This document shows positions 47,401 to 59,766 of a DNA stretch of 64,000 nt, one piece after another (position 1 is the stretch's first letter; the number at the start of each line of letters is the position of its first letter). Below the pieces are notes generated by a model, which made no database searches, was not told the DNA's origin, and was given only the letters and a program-made list of their open reading frames with translations. The translations under genes and the position numbers were made by a program. Origin of the DNA: Laetmonice hystrix (taxonomy: Eukaryota); the NCBI GenBank assembly GCA_965235115.1, contig OZ249447.1:22196001-22260000 (forward strand). Direction: 5' to 3'.

Positions 47401-48412
47401 TGGCCGTGTTATGGCCTCGGCTGAACACGACCACCAGTTGTCAATGCCAGACCTCCATACACTCTTCACTTGAACAGCTGCTTGACCTTTAAGCGGACCT
47501 CCTCTCAGAGAAATACAAAGAGTACCCCCAAAAAAATCCTCTGCCGCTCGGACTAAAATACTCTCGTATTTCAGTAACAGAAATAAGACTTTTTGGAGAG
47601 GTTCCTTTGTCTCAGTCAGATCAGAGAACATTAAATAGAACGGGTTCGTTACTGAGGAATCGATGTCAACTTTTCTTAGTGTGGAACTCTCCACTCAGAA
47701 GATGATGGCCAGCCTCATTATCGTGCCACCACCAGAGGGCCACCGCTACGTCAGGCATCACCATGGCAACAAGTGGCAGGAAAGTATGTGGTAATGAAGA
47801 GCCGAGAACTCTCTAGATCTTGAGGAGCTGGTGAAAATGAGGAGATCATTTAAGGGACTGTTCCGGAGGACCCTTTCTTGAAAAAAGTATGCTTGACGAC
47901 GGTGCAAGATTTGATTTAGCGTGGAAGTGAACGGTTCGAATTAAAGTTTCTCGGATAAAACTTAAGTTACACTTTGGAGTTTGCACTAGTAGTCAGAGAT
48001 ACATTTTCAATGAGATGAGAAATATTTTTCCAATAGTTGATTCCTTCATTACGTCAGAGGTGAGAGTAGCAGTATCATTTTGTTTGGAATTGGGAGCTGA
48101 AGTTCTTCAGTAATCGAAGACAAAGGAGGCCTTCCTTACATTCACTGGTGAGGGTTCCTGGACAAATGAGGCCCTTGTGATAACCGTAACAAATTGAACA
48201 GGACCTGCTCTATGATAGGGAGATCCAGTGGTGAGGTCACAGCGTTTACCTATTCATAATCGAGTGAATCAGATATGGCAGAAGGAGCACTCAGAGGGTG
48301 TGGGCTGGTCCAAGTGTAACCTGAAGCAGGATGGCCTTTAGCATCGATCTTTTATTGGACGTATGTGCCAGGATAATGGACTCATGTAGCCGCTTATTCT
48401 CATAGCAACCTG

Positions 48413-48538
48413 GGCCCGGTTCACAAACAAAGTCAAGTCAATTTTAATTGACTTGAAATCCATTTTAACCAATCAGATTCAAGTAAAATTGACTTCAAGT
48501 CAATTAAAATTGACTTGACTTTGTTTGTGAACCGGGCC
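48413..48538. mobile_element. 126-bp Harbinger-like MITE, perfect 45-bp TIRs, CTG TSD
   Basis: GGCCCGGTTCACAAACAAAGTCAAGTCAATTTTAATTGACTTGAA and its exact reverse complement around a 36-bp core; CTG at 48410-48412 and 48539-48541. Confidence 0.88.
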
Positions 48539-50912
48539 CTGAACACACTAACAACACATACCAAACTAGCCACTTCTGGCTTTCCAGTATATTTATTTTC
48601 ATTTATAAAGTATTACTAAATGGTAAAATCTCCAGGAGATATGTGTAAGCGATCGAGATTAGGCTTAGGAGCAGCTAGGGCTAGGTACAGTGTAGGGGTT
48701 AGAAATCGGTTCAGGGCCTGGAAGGAATGGATTACTTCTTCCCACCAAATTTTGTGGGAACGTTACATGGAGATCTGCCTATTTATAAAAAATTGCGAAT
48801 TTTTATAAAAGTGGTACCGTAACTTGCTCTTTCAACAGTAAGACTATTAGTTCAAGTCAGTGAACTGCCGTATCACTCCCATACCATAGCGTTACGAAAA
48901 CGGAAGTCCTTCCACCGGACTATTCGGCAGCCTACTGACTTGTGCCAGACTATTGGTGCGTTTTTCTGACATGCAAATGTTGTAACTTTGTGGAAATACA
49001 ATTACACTTACTGCTTGACGTGGAGTTGATATCTGTCTCACTGTCTATTGAGTCGGAACACGTGAATATGAAGCCGACTGACCGTGTTGGGAGTAGTTTG
49101 TTGTCAGAGTTTGTGAAAGGTGCAGCATTCAGCGCGACCACGGGGCCCAGCTGATTGAGAGGAGACGTGAGGTAGCACAGAGTAGACCGTATCATATGAA
49201 GGGTCTGCTGCCGGGACTGGTAATAGCAGCTAGTCAAGTGTTCATGTATTATACACAAGTGTCAGGTCCTTCTAACAGTAGCAGTGGGACTGATTGATGT
49301 GATGATGGTAACACTGAGGTTTACAAACAACCAGGCCGCGAGCCGCCGCTCTGGTGGCTTCATAACGCACCCGTAACTGGCTTTGGGTCCTCGTCGACCC
49401 ATCACGGCATTATCCGGGAACTGGCGGGGGAGGCTTTAACAAACATTGCTAGCACGGAATGTCTCTAGGAACGCAACGGTAGAATGACTTGTGCTTCATC
49501 TGTAAACTGTAATCTGTGAACAAAAATATCAAAGGCAAGACAAACCTGGCGTTCAATGTTGGAAAACTGGAGGTATGCGTGATAATATGTGACCCACACC
49601 TACAGGATTGGTTGGGTTAAAGTCTAAAAGAGATCATGGATTTTGCCTTGCCTTTGTGAAAGATTTCTTTTCCATGTATTTTGGTTTTCTGTGGAATATT
49701 GAATGAACAAGAAAAAGAGGATCTCTCAGAAGAGATTTCGTGATATGGGATTTGATGTAGAGATCGTCAATACGAAGAAACGTCGCCTGCAGAAGTGGAG
49801 TAGTTGGCCGTTTCCGACATGAACGAGCTTCAGATGTGGCAGTGGAGCTGAAGAAGCTTTCGTCGATAGAAGCTGACGGGATGGTGCTGGTCGGTGGTGG
49901 TGAGCTTCCACAGCGACCACTAGCGTCGTGTTGAGAGCTCGTTGCCTCACCTGCTGCTGTCCACCACTTGACCGGTGGAGTGGACACGGGGAGGTCGCCG
50001 ATACCCCCCCCCCCCCCAACACCACCACCACCACCACCGCCACCACCACAGCGAGGAGAAGGAGGAGGCTTCGATCGCCTTGACACGGCTCTCGTGTGGG
50101 ATCCCCGGCCCGCCTGGTCCCCAGAGCGACCCTCGAGGCCTCGTCAGGAACTGCCTCTCCTGACCTCGCGCGGCCCTTTCCTGCTCTCAGGCCCCGTTAG
50201 GGCACGGCTCTTAAGATCCACAGCTTGCAGAGATGTATTGGTGTGCTAAGTGCTCTTGACGTTCAGCCAAATTAAGTGGCTGCCTAGAGTGGGACATAGA
50301 GTCGCAACTTGTGTGCCAAGATGGACTCGAAGGACATGTCCAGCAGGGCTCTTGTTTTACGACATGTCGCGGTTATCGTCACTCAGTCGTTTCGTTTTCT
50401 CACACAAGGGTTCCAGAAAATGTTCACCTGGTCAGCCTTGTCAAGTCTGTTGATGGCATTAAAGTTAAGGAGGGAGTTAAGTACAGACCATCCAAATTTA
50501 AAAGGCTAATAAATTAACATACGGTACATTACAATACAGTAATTGAAGATATCCAAGACTCTATTTCAACTAGCGTTGTAACATGTATCACTGGTTCACG
50601 GGTCCATGAAACATGTATTAAAGAAAACCCGAGACACGGGCAGTGGTTCTAGCCCTCCAGATTCAATACATTAACATACGGCAACCTTGTCGTATCCTTG
50701 GCCTCCAACACAAGAGGAGACCAGCAACCCCATCAAGTACTTGGATGACTTATTAATGATCATATCTCTACATCACCCCCACCTCCAACCCCATGTGGGC
50801 CACGTAGATACTTCTCTGAACGTCTTCCCACCCAGGCGGCCACATGAAAGGCTAAAGATCACAGTGTCCGACTGGTACATATTTATAGCTTTGTCCCAGA
50901 TTTCTCCAGTCT

Positions 50913-50977
50913 ATGATTTGAGTGAAGTGAGTGGCATGAATATGATGATTTGAGTGAAGTGAGTGGCATGAATATGA
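50913..50977. repeat. 32-bp direct duplication
   Basis: ATGATTTGAGTGAAGTGAGTGGCATGAATATG x2. Confidence 0.85.
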
Positions 50978-51666
50978 AGATTGAAACTATAATTGGTGGA
51001 GTGTACGGGTTAGGTCGTAATGATGACGGGAATGATACCAGGGGGTTAGGTAATCACCTGGCGCTGATGGATGAGATATCAGGCTGATCGCATTTAGAGC
51101 TGAACTAGGTCAGAGATGACCACTTTCAATGTAATCTTGGAAGAAAGAAGGGTGAAGAAAGAGAGTGAGAGAGTAAATTATTCATGTCATTGGAGCATAC
51201 CCTCTCAGCAGGCAGAGTTGATCATAAGGTGGAACGGCAGTGTTCTACTGTACCAATAGCTCATCTTCTAATCTCCTTCTGTAAGTCTTTTGTTGTGGTT
51301 TTCTGATGACTTTTAAGTGTAACCGTTATTGTAAACTCAAGAGGTATATGAAATCTGTAAATCCGTTTTAGAGATCTGCATTTGAATTCAGTTGATAACA
51401 TTACTTAATGTATCCCTGGATATAATCGGTAGTCTTTACGTGTCTGAGCAGTACCACCTTTATATATATTGGGTGTATGAAGCTGTGCGAGATAATTTGA
51501 CGTAAATTGACCGTGGCAAAAAGAAGGTGCTAATAATGATCTTGGTTATTATACGCAGACGTAGAGACGTCGGGGGGTTGGATGATAGAAGTGTGTCAGG
51601 GGATAGGTATGTGTTGACGGATAGACACGTGTTAAACATATGGCCTGTCCTGACTGATGTACATAG

Positions 51667-51757
51667 GTCCTCCTCCTGCTCCTCCTCCTGCTGCTGCTCC
51701 TGCTCCTGTTCCTCCTCCTGCTCCTGTTCCTCCTTCTGCTCCTCTTCCTCCTTCTGA
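51667..51757. repeat. Degenerate (CTC/CTG)n low-complexity tract
   Basis: Pyrimidine-rich triplet repeat; reads as an E/Q run on minus. Confidence 0.8.
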
Positions 51758-51791
51758 CTAAGGACTCCTGTAGGTTGTGTCGCAGCATTCA

Positions 51792-52434
51792 AGACCCACA
51801 CAGAACTGGGGGTGGTCCACTGACGGGTACGAGACCCACACAGAACTGGGGATGGTCCACTGAGGGGTACGAGACCCACACGGAACTGGGGGTGGTCCAC
51901 TGACGGGTGCGAGACCCACACAGAACTGGGGGTGGTCCACTGACGGGTATGAGACCCACACAGAACTGGGGATGGTTCACTGACGGTTACGAGACCAACA
52001 CAGAACTGGGGATGGTCCACTGACGGGTACGAGACCCACACAGAACTTGGGGTGGTCCACTGACGGGTATGAGACCCACACAGAACTGGGGGTGGTCCAC
52101 TGATGGGTACGAGACCCACACAGAACTGGGGGTGGTCCACTGGTGGGTATGAGACCCACACAGAACTTGGGGTGGTCCACTGACGGGTATGAGACCCACA
52201 CAGAACTGGGGGTGGTCCACTGATACAACGGGTACGAGACCCACACAGAACTGGAGGTGGTCCACGGACGGGTACGAGACCCACACAGAACTGTGGATGG
52301 TCCACTGACGGGTACGAGACCCACACAGAACTGGGGGTGGTCCACTGATACAACGGGTACGAGACCCACACAGAACTGGGGGTGGTCCACTGACGGGTAC
52401 GAGACCCACACAGAACTGAGAATGGTCCACTGAC
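51792..52434. repeat. 40-bp minisatellite, about 16 copies
   Basis: Unit GAGACCCACACAGAACTGGGGGTGGTCCACTGACGGGTAC, with TGATACAACGG insertion variants. Confidence 0.95.
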
Positions 52435-55400
52435 AGCACGGTTCTGTCAGATGATGCAAAGAACTAAGTAGAGAGACGGACAGTCTACCTCCTCCTGACA
52501 CAAGGAATGGAGGACAGATCTCCAAGGCACAGACCCGGATTGGATACAATCGCAAACTCTGAAGTACCGATAACATGATCCATTTTGAAGTGAATATCTC
52601 CCCCTTTGTAACTTTCCCCGACCACTCCCACGAGAGCCCGTCAATGGACGGCTCTGTTCCTCTGTCACTGAATCTGCCGCCACTGCTGCTGGTCCTCCTG
52701 CTGAGTTTGATGTTGCTCTGGTCCGGCCCATGTTGTAACAACGATTGCCTGCTCTGTGGTAGACCCTCATGATGGAGAATTTCGTGAGGGGCCTGTCCAT
52801 TGTTTTTAGTTTCCATTTATCTCTCTATGTCTGTGGAGTTCAAAGGCTGCTGGTGCTACCGTATTTTTTTCTGTGGATATTGTGGTGGTTCTGTCGGACT
52901 CGCAGCGCTCTGCTGTGAACCTCCTCACACCAAACTCGCCAAACTGGACCCAGTTTTTGTCCAATCTCTGTTTACATTTTAGTGCATGTGGCTCCACAAT
53001 CTCAAACACCTTTGACCTCTATAGCCATTGTCGAGGTTCAGTCAGGGAGTCGAAGCTCTGATGGGAACCTCATCATAGCACAGGCCATGCGATGATGAGC
53101 CAGAGCCATGCCTATACAATGGTTTTCTTTGATAATTTATGAGTCCATGTTTCTGCACTTGAAAAGACGGCAGCTCCGTTTGTGTTTCTAAGACTGGATT
53201 GTTCGAACAAGCCTGAGCTCTGTTGTAAACTTCAGAAAGGTATGCTGTACTATACTGGCGGGTATTGTACCTGTCATTACCTATGTGACTTAGGTCAGCT
53301 ACCTGACCCGCGCCCCTGGAGTGCCCACCCCGCCCTTTAACATGGTATTATTATGTGACATGCAAACTTCTCGTTAAGCTATAAAATCAGTTTAGTTTTC
53401 CTCTCATCATTATGGAAGGACCGGGTATATTGCCTTTCATAGGCATGACTACAGAGATGAAACCCGGCGCACTCGATGTACATTCTCCTCTCACATGACG
53501 AAAACTCGGCTTCATTTGATATCGAGGTATACATCTTTCGATAGACATGAAAGGATTTCTCTGCCATATAAAGTGATTTTTTTTATCTGATTGATGCTCG
53601 CCTTGGATGTTCCGTGCCGTGCCGCAGATTCAGAGCACAGTCCATTGCCATCCAAACGTTCCATCAGATGTTTCCAGCACACAACATACAGTCTGTGTAA
53701 AGTCAGACAACCGAAACATTTGGCCGCTGCAGAAACTTCTTCCGGTCTATAGGGAATTTTTATGTCGGTGTTCCATGGTCATTACATTTTATGATTTTAA
53801 AGTGGTTAAATTTTCAGATATCATAAGATTAGATTAAGGTTTATCAAGTTTGTCGGTAAATGTTCGAAGTGTCCATGAATTCCGACAAGAACCAGCTCGT
53901 CGTGTTCGATCTAGTAAGATGTCGAGAGTAGATGTCGATCTTGACACGCTCAGAGGACATTGGTTGCAGTTCAGGGATATACATGTCGTAGGAATGGTAC
54001 GGAGGTTATTGTTAACGAAACGCCCCCTTGTTTTAAATCCGATAAATTATTGAAATATTCATAGCATATATTAAAATATTCCCGGTGTGGTGGCCGGTGA
54101 GGTGAGAGAAGTTCATTATTTCTCTCATTATATCATGAGTTTTTGTTACCCAGATACTGTTACATAGAGACCTGGACAGAGAGAGGTTCCATGTTAATGA
54201 CTGTCGATGTTAATGAACCTCACCACCTCTGTTAATGACCTCCGGGGTGGTAGGTCACCTTTGATGTCGAGGATCTAGGAGACATTGTAACTGGCCAGTG
54301 CCCCACATAACACCCGGCAGGAGACAATGACAATGATTGTTTTCATTCACACATCATCAGGAGAAACTCGAGGCCAGAAGGTGTCGGCGGTAAATGATTA
54401 GGAACCCGCTGATTGGGTTAGGTTAATTAGTGGCAATCATGAAGGTGTACCCCCTGTGGTGGGGAGACGAGGGTGGATGGGAGGACCCCCTGCGATGGTC
54501 AATGTGTGTGTGTTAGGGGGGCTGGCTTTGTTTGACAGGGTAGGTGGGGCACTGTGAGTACATTCCTCCTCCGTGGCCGGTTTCCATAGTAAGTTATGGG
54601 TGTATCCACACAAAGCCACGTGGGGCTCATTGTGATGTCAGCCAGGGGGGAGGATTCCGGATTCAGGGTTGAAGGGGTGGGGCGGTTGGAGAGCCCTCTC
54701 CAACCCCATACCTGAATACGTCCCCCACGTGCCAGCCCAGGTGGGCCCCACCTGAAACTGACTAAACTTATGTAATAACAACCAACATTTTGTGACTTCA
54801 AACGCTGGCACTCATTGTGGTGGGGTAATTGGGACAGGTGGCCCGCAGGCAGGGGGCTGACAATCGCCTTCCGGCCTCGTCTCGAGATTCTAGTCAATAT
54901 CAATGAACAGAACTCTTGGCCTTCATGTCTTCCCACCATCTGAAACTTTGAGGGAAATGCGTTTTAGATGGTTGGCACAATAATTATAAACGGCCTTTCA
55001 TCTTAACCGATCATTATTGAGCCAATGAAAAGAATCTCTATTCAACCCTCGTAGCTAGAGGTTGTACCGCTACAAAAAGTAAAAAAAAGGAGACAGTACG
55101 TAATGCAAATTACTACATCTGAAAGGAAGAGGCTGAACATTTTTTCCACCCTCATGCAAGGTAAGACGTGAAGAGTCCATGCAGCTTACGTTGGTGGGGT
55201 TCTCCACCATATACACAGGCCATGGTGGGAACCTCCATTGGAATCTCCATTTGGGCCGCCGTCGTTAAGGTAAACACTGGGGTCGTGAGGCGCCAGCCGG
55301 GTGGGACACCCACAGGTGTCGTCTACCTGTACCAGGGGTACACCACAGACAGCGCCACCTACCGAGGAGGACGGCACCTAACCTCAAGGGGACTTATTGC

Positions 55401-55973
55401 AAGGTGAAAGCGGCTCAAGACGGCAAACAACCGTAACTCGTGGACACATTTCTTCCGCCGGTCTTCAAATTAGGAGATACTGCGGGGGAAACAGTGGCCC
55501 GGTGAAGCTAAGCCCAAACCAGGCACGAGGAGCAGTTTGTTTTCTGGGGGTGGTTTTAGCAGGTATTCTATGTAGGGATGGTTCAGGATAGACCAACCAC
55601 AGCTGCGTAGTTTCGCCTCTAACATTGCCCCCCCCCCCCAAAATCTCTGAGGTTATGGGTTTCTACTGAAGATTAAGGAAGTGTATTTGATGTTTCATTT
55701 GGCGGTGATTCTTACAGGTGTTGTGAGAGAAGTGGTTGCAGGAAGTAGCCTTGGCTGAGAGGAAGGATCATAATGGCTGTCTTGTCGTCAGAGATTAAAC
55801 ATAGCGTGTCCTACTGTTAGTAATGGAGGGTAGTATTATAATTGTACGACTACCAAGGTTAGGTGATTTATAGTGTCGGCCTTCTAATAAACTTCTCTCT
55901 CCTTTAATTTACCGTCAGTCGGTGTCTAGAGTATAACGTTAAGGGTATCGGTCCATTGGTGGTTACAGAACGT

Positions 55974-56157
55974 CGTACCCCAGACCCTCGTACCCCAGAC
56001 CCTCGTACCCTAGACCCTCGTACTCCAGACCTTCGTACCCCACACCCTCGTACCCCCGACCCTCGTACCCCAGACCCTCGTACTCCAGACCCTCGTACCC
56101 CAGACCCTTGTACCCCAGACCCTCGTACCCCAGACTCTCGTACTCCAGACCTTCGTA
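55974..56157. repeat. 15-bp tandem repeat x12
   Basis: Unit CGTACCCCAGACCCT. Confidence 0.95.
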
Positions 56158-56332
56158 ACGGCGGCGGTTAAATCAGAGGTTAATTAGGAAAACGGTTGTT
56201 TGAGTTTAGAGAGGGGACCCTCTCAGGTGGGCTGACGTCGTGATCCAAGGTTGGAAGGAAAGTGGGTTGCTCGGTCGTGACGTTCTCCAGTTCAAGTTTG
56301 GCCTGTTGAACTCTCCTCGTGTTTACCTTCAG

Positions 56333-56458
56333 GGCCCGGTTCACAGGCAAAGTCAAGTAATTTTTTTTTAACTTGAAATCCATTTTAACCAATCGGATTC
56401 GAGTAAAATTGACTTCAAGCTCATTAGAATTGACTTGAGTTTGCTTGTGAACCGGGCA
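56333..56458. mobile_element. Second, diverged copy of the 126-bp Harbinger-like MITE
   Basis: Same length and orientation as 48413-48538, with scattered substitutions; flanked by CAG and CTG. Confidence 0.85.
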
Positions 56459-57783
56459 CTGGTCTCTTGGCGTGTGACGGTGAGGTTGTGCCGGGAGGCT
56501 TGAAAACAATACCGGGAGAGGGTCCCCTAATAATGTCGTTGGAGGGGGTGGAAGTGGAGGGGGGGGGGGGGGTTCACTGTGGAAGTGTGCCAACTAAAGC
56601 CTCCCGCCCACAGGGTCAAGTACCCCCTCTACTCTGTGGTTGCGCACAGGAAGGGGCGGTGCCCCACGGGGAAAATCTAACCTTTTAATCACCTGAATCT
56701 ATAGTGTTCACATGAAGAGCTCAGACCTGGTAATGATGGGGAATGGGAGGGCATGACCATCTATAGTCAAGTGGGATAGCCACAAGTAATAATGAACTGA
56801 GGCAACGTCCGTTCTGGCCTTCTGTCACGGCTGTCGTCCAGCGGGGAATGGAAATTTACCACAACAATTTGTGACCTTTGGTAAAATGGTAATTGGGGCG
56901 GAAGTATACTTTTACCTGTCTGATGGAGGAGAATTTGAAAGTTGTTTTTTTTTCACTTTGGATAATAAAATTTTCCCAGTGTTTTGATTTACCTACAATA
57001 GAGGTTCGTTTTCCAGCGATATTGTTCCCTGAAGTGCCGAACAGTGTTTTGATGACTATATTAGTTCACTTTAATTCATTAAGTGTTGACTGTGTTCATG
57101 TCGTTTGTTAAACATCAATACTGTGACTGATGACAGGAGAGTAGCAACCTGTCACAACAACGACACTGCCACAATTAGTACACCAACTGTTCCCTTGCAG
57201 CCCGCACTTAATGAAATTGTAAATTAAACTCTAACTGTGAACAATTAAGGTTTTCAACGCTGCACAATCGAGCTGAAAGTTTGTTGAGGATTGATAGCGG
57301 GTCGGAGTATGAGTTGGTTTGTCATTACTTGAGTTAATCAGACCCCCTCAGCGTGTTAATTCTGACAGCAGATCGGCGGAGGTTGTTAGGCTGCGTGTAC
57401 ATCTGGACAAGTTTCCGATAATTTGAGGGTTCCTGTATGATATCCGTACCTGGGGGCCACGTTAGGGGGCATTTGTTTTTACGGAGCATTGTGAGAGACA
57501 GCAGGGAGGACCAAGAGGACACTGTAAGGGTTTATCGTTTAAAGACCAGCACTCGATCCAAGCCGACTGTCGTTACTGTTTCGCCATCATTGTTAGGAAG
57601 GCAGGTGTTTGTGTTCGCCATGCTGGGGGTCTAACGGTAACAATCAGTAACGATTGTTCCACCCCTACAGTCAGACCAATGTTGGCGACTCCAGCGCTCA
57701 GACATCGTCACAGTGTCTCACAGCTTGCCCGAATCCCTAATCGTATCATCCCACATGCTATTATTGGTCTGTATAATCTTGAA

Positions 57784-57872
57784 GCTGCCCGTAGGACCGT
57801 CTGCTGTGTCTTGAGGCTGCCCGTAGGACCGTCTGCTGTGTCTTGAGGCTGCCCGTAGGACCGTCTGCTGTG
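57784..57872. repeat. 32-bp tandem repeat, about 2.8 copies
   Basis: Unit starts at 57784, 57816 and 57848. Confidence 0.92.
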
Positions 57873-58500
57873 AATACCTCCACCAGTGGCAGTCGGAGAG
57901 TTGTTAAGGGCCACAAACACCCGATTGGTCAACGCCCGGATTCACTGGGGCGTGGAGTGAGGCGTACATGAAGGAGTGAACCCAACCGACCGTGTCTGTG
58001 GACCTCAGGAGTCAGTGAGTTGTGGCCGGAGTCAGGGAGAACAGACGGACAGACCTGACAAGTATCAACCGACCCTCACACACACACCCACACACCCAGT
58101 CACCCCGGACAGTCGGACTCTGATATAGGACCAGATCACTGGTGTAAATACCTGCACAGAATGATGATTGGTCAATTAGACTCAGCCTCAACACTACACG
58201 ATGATGATCCACCAACCTACAACAACTGACCTTTGATTGTTGAACAAAGGCCAACAATGAACACATTAGTGTGACCAACCTCGCAACATTGGCACCAGTT
58301 CGGTCACATTACCCACCAGCCTCCTGCCAGCTTCACTGTGACACTGGACCGGACACGGCGGAGGAAGCATCCCAGACTCGACAAGCCAACTTTTCGGTAA
58401 AGTGCTCTAAACGGATGATTCTACAACACAGGACTGATAATGACAAGGATGTGATTTACCATTGTTCCCGACACAGCGCAGTCATTTTCGTTCTCCGCAG

Positions 58501-58662
58501 ACGACACAATTCGGTGGATATACCATAACTTGTGTTTTTACTCCGAGTTGTGTTTTTCTGTGTGTTTTTCACATGTTTACAATGGGAGCAAGTTTCGCTT
58601 GTGGCGGTCTAAAGAAGAAACCCAGAGACTGGACTTGGCAGTACGTCAACATGACAGCAGTT
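58501..58662 (+). other. Candidate host exon (162 nt)
   Basis: Strong acceptor TCATTTTCGTTCTCCGCAG and donor GTT|GTAAGT; length divisible by 3; open in two frames; internal ACAATGG start at 58582. Confidence 0.4.
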
Positions 58663-59454
58663 GTAAGTTGACGTTTTCTTTCCCTTCGTCGCAGGGGACA
58701 CAAAAAGGGCTTTTGTCTGAGCTGAGGCAGAGGAAGCTTGATAAATGTCATATATTGTCATATAGAAGTAGCCAGAAGGCACACGCTTAGGTTTTAATAT
58801 AATTTGTTTTCCAGGATTAAAAATTGTATAAGAGGGCGTATAAAGATGTCACTGAGTTTTATGTCTAATTTTTTTTTCGGACAAACTTAGCAAAGAGCGT
58901 GTAATGAAGGTCGTGTACCTTGTAGAAGTAACCTTTGACGCACGTACCGTGTGATGGTTCGTGGTCGGCCTCCCCGGTGTAAGAGATGGTTTATTTGTCG
59001 TTAATACCGACTTGGTACAAATAGAAACTACAGGAAGGCTGTGTACGTACATGTATCAGCTTACTTATACAGCCGATAGAGGCACGGCCAAATGAATGCT
59101 AATAACTCGTGTAAGGCGAATACATGATGCGACTCGAGATGTTCTAACCATAGAGAGGACCACAAAGGTCGGACCCAGATCACAGGGGAGGGAAACAGAG
59201 AGAGGGCTGACGGCAGGCTGAATGGATGGCTGTAACCTCGGCTGACGACACTGCTCTCGTGACATGTCCCACCACCCGTCGGTACACCCCCCCGGTACCT
59301 ACCCCCCACCTCCCCCCCGGCTCAGACATCCTCGGTCTGTACGGGGTGACAGTACCATCAGTTGGTTACACTATATCCCGACAATACTCGGGATCGCCGC
59401 CTAATCCCGCAATAACCGAGGATATCAGCGGTTTGAGGGAACTCGGTACTCCTT

Positions 59455-59766
59455 GACTCATTATGTAATGTGGTAACATTGACTGGACTCATTATGTAAT
59501 GTGGTAACATTGACTGGACTCATTATGTAATGTGGTAACATTGACTGGACTCATTATGTAATGTGGTAACATTGACTGGACTCATTATGTAATGTGGTAA
59601 CATTGACTGGACTCATTATGTAATGTGGTAACATTGACTGGACTCATTATGTAATGTGGTAACATTGACTGGACTCATTATGTAATGTGGTAGCTTTGAC
59701 TGGACTCATTATGTAATGTGGTAACATTGACTGGACTCATTATGTAATGTGGTAACATTGACTGGA
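59455..59766. repeat. 31-bp tandem repeat x10, each with ATTATGTAAT
   Basis: Unit GACTCATTATGTAATGTGGTAACATTGACTG; nearly invariant. Confidence 0.96.

Noticed and set aside
47880-48080. Possible decayed LINE RT C-terminus (W..HL...ANS..L.FI.RNF after frameshifts, minus)
   Set aside because: Needs several assumed frameshifts; too weak to call by eye.
49634-50249. Overlapping 60-150-aa ORFs around a poly-C/(CAC)n tract
   Set aside because: Extended by low-complexity sequence; no coherent protein or splice structure.
52447-54053. Cluster of short gene-like ORFs on both strands
   Set aside because: No recognisable motifs; frames are discontinuous; coding cannot be distinguished from decayed TE without a search.
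55168-55407. TGVVYLYQG resembling an integrin FG-GAP motif
   Set aside because: The upstream D-x-N-x-D-G and GAP elements are absent.
51792-56157. Shared CTCGTACCC core between the 40-bp (minus) and 15-bp (plus) arrays
   Set aside because: With about 15 arrays to compare pairwise, one shared 9-mer is not unexpected by chance.
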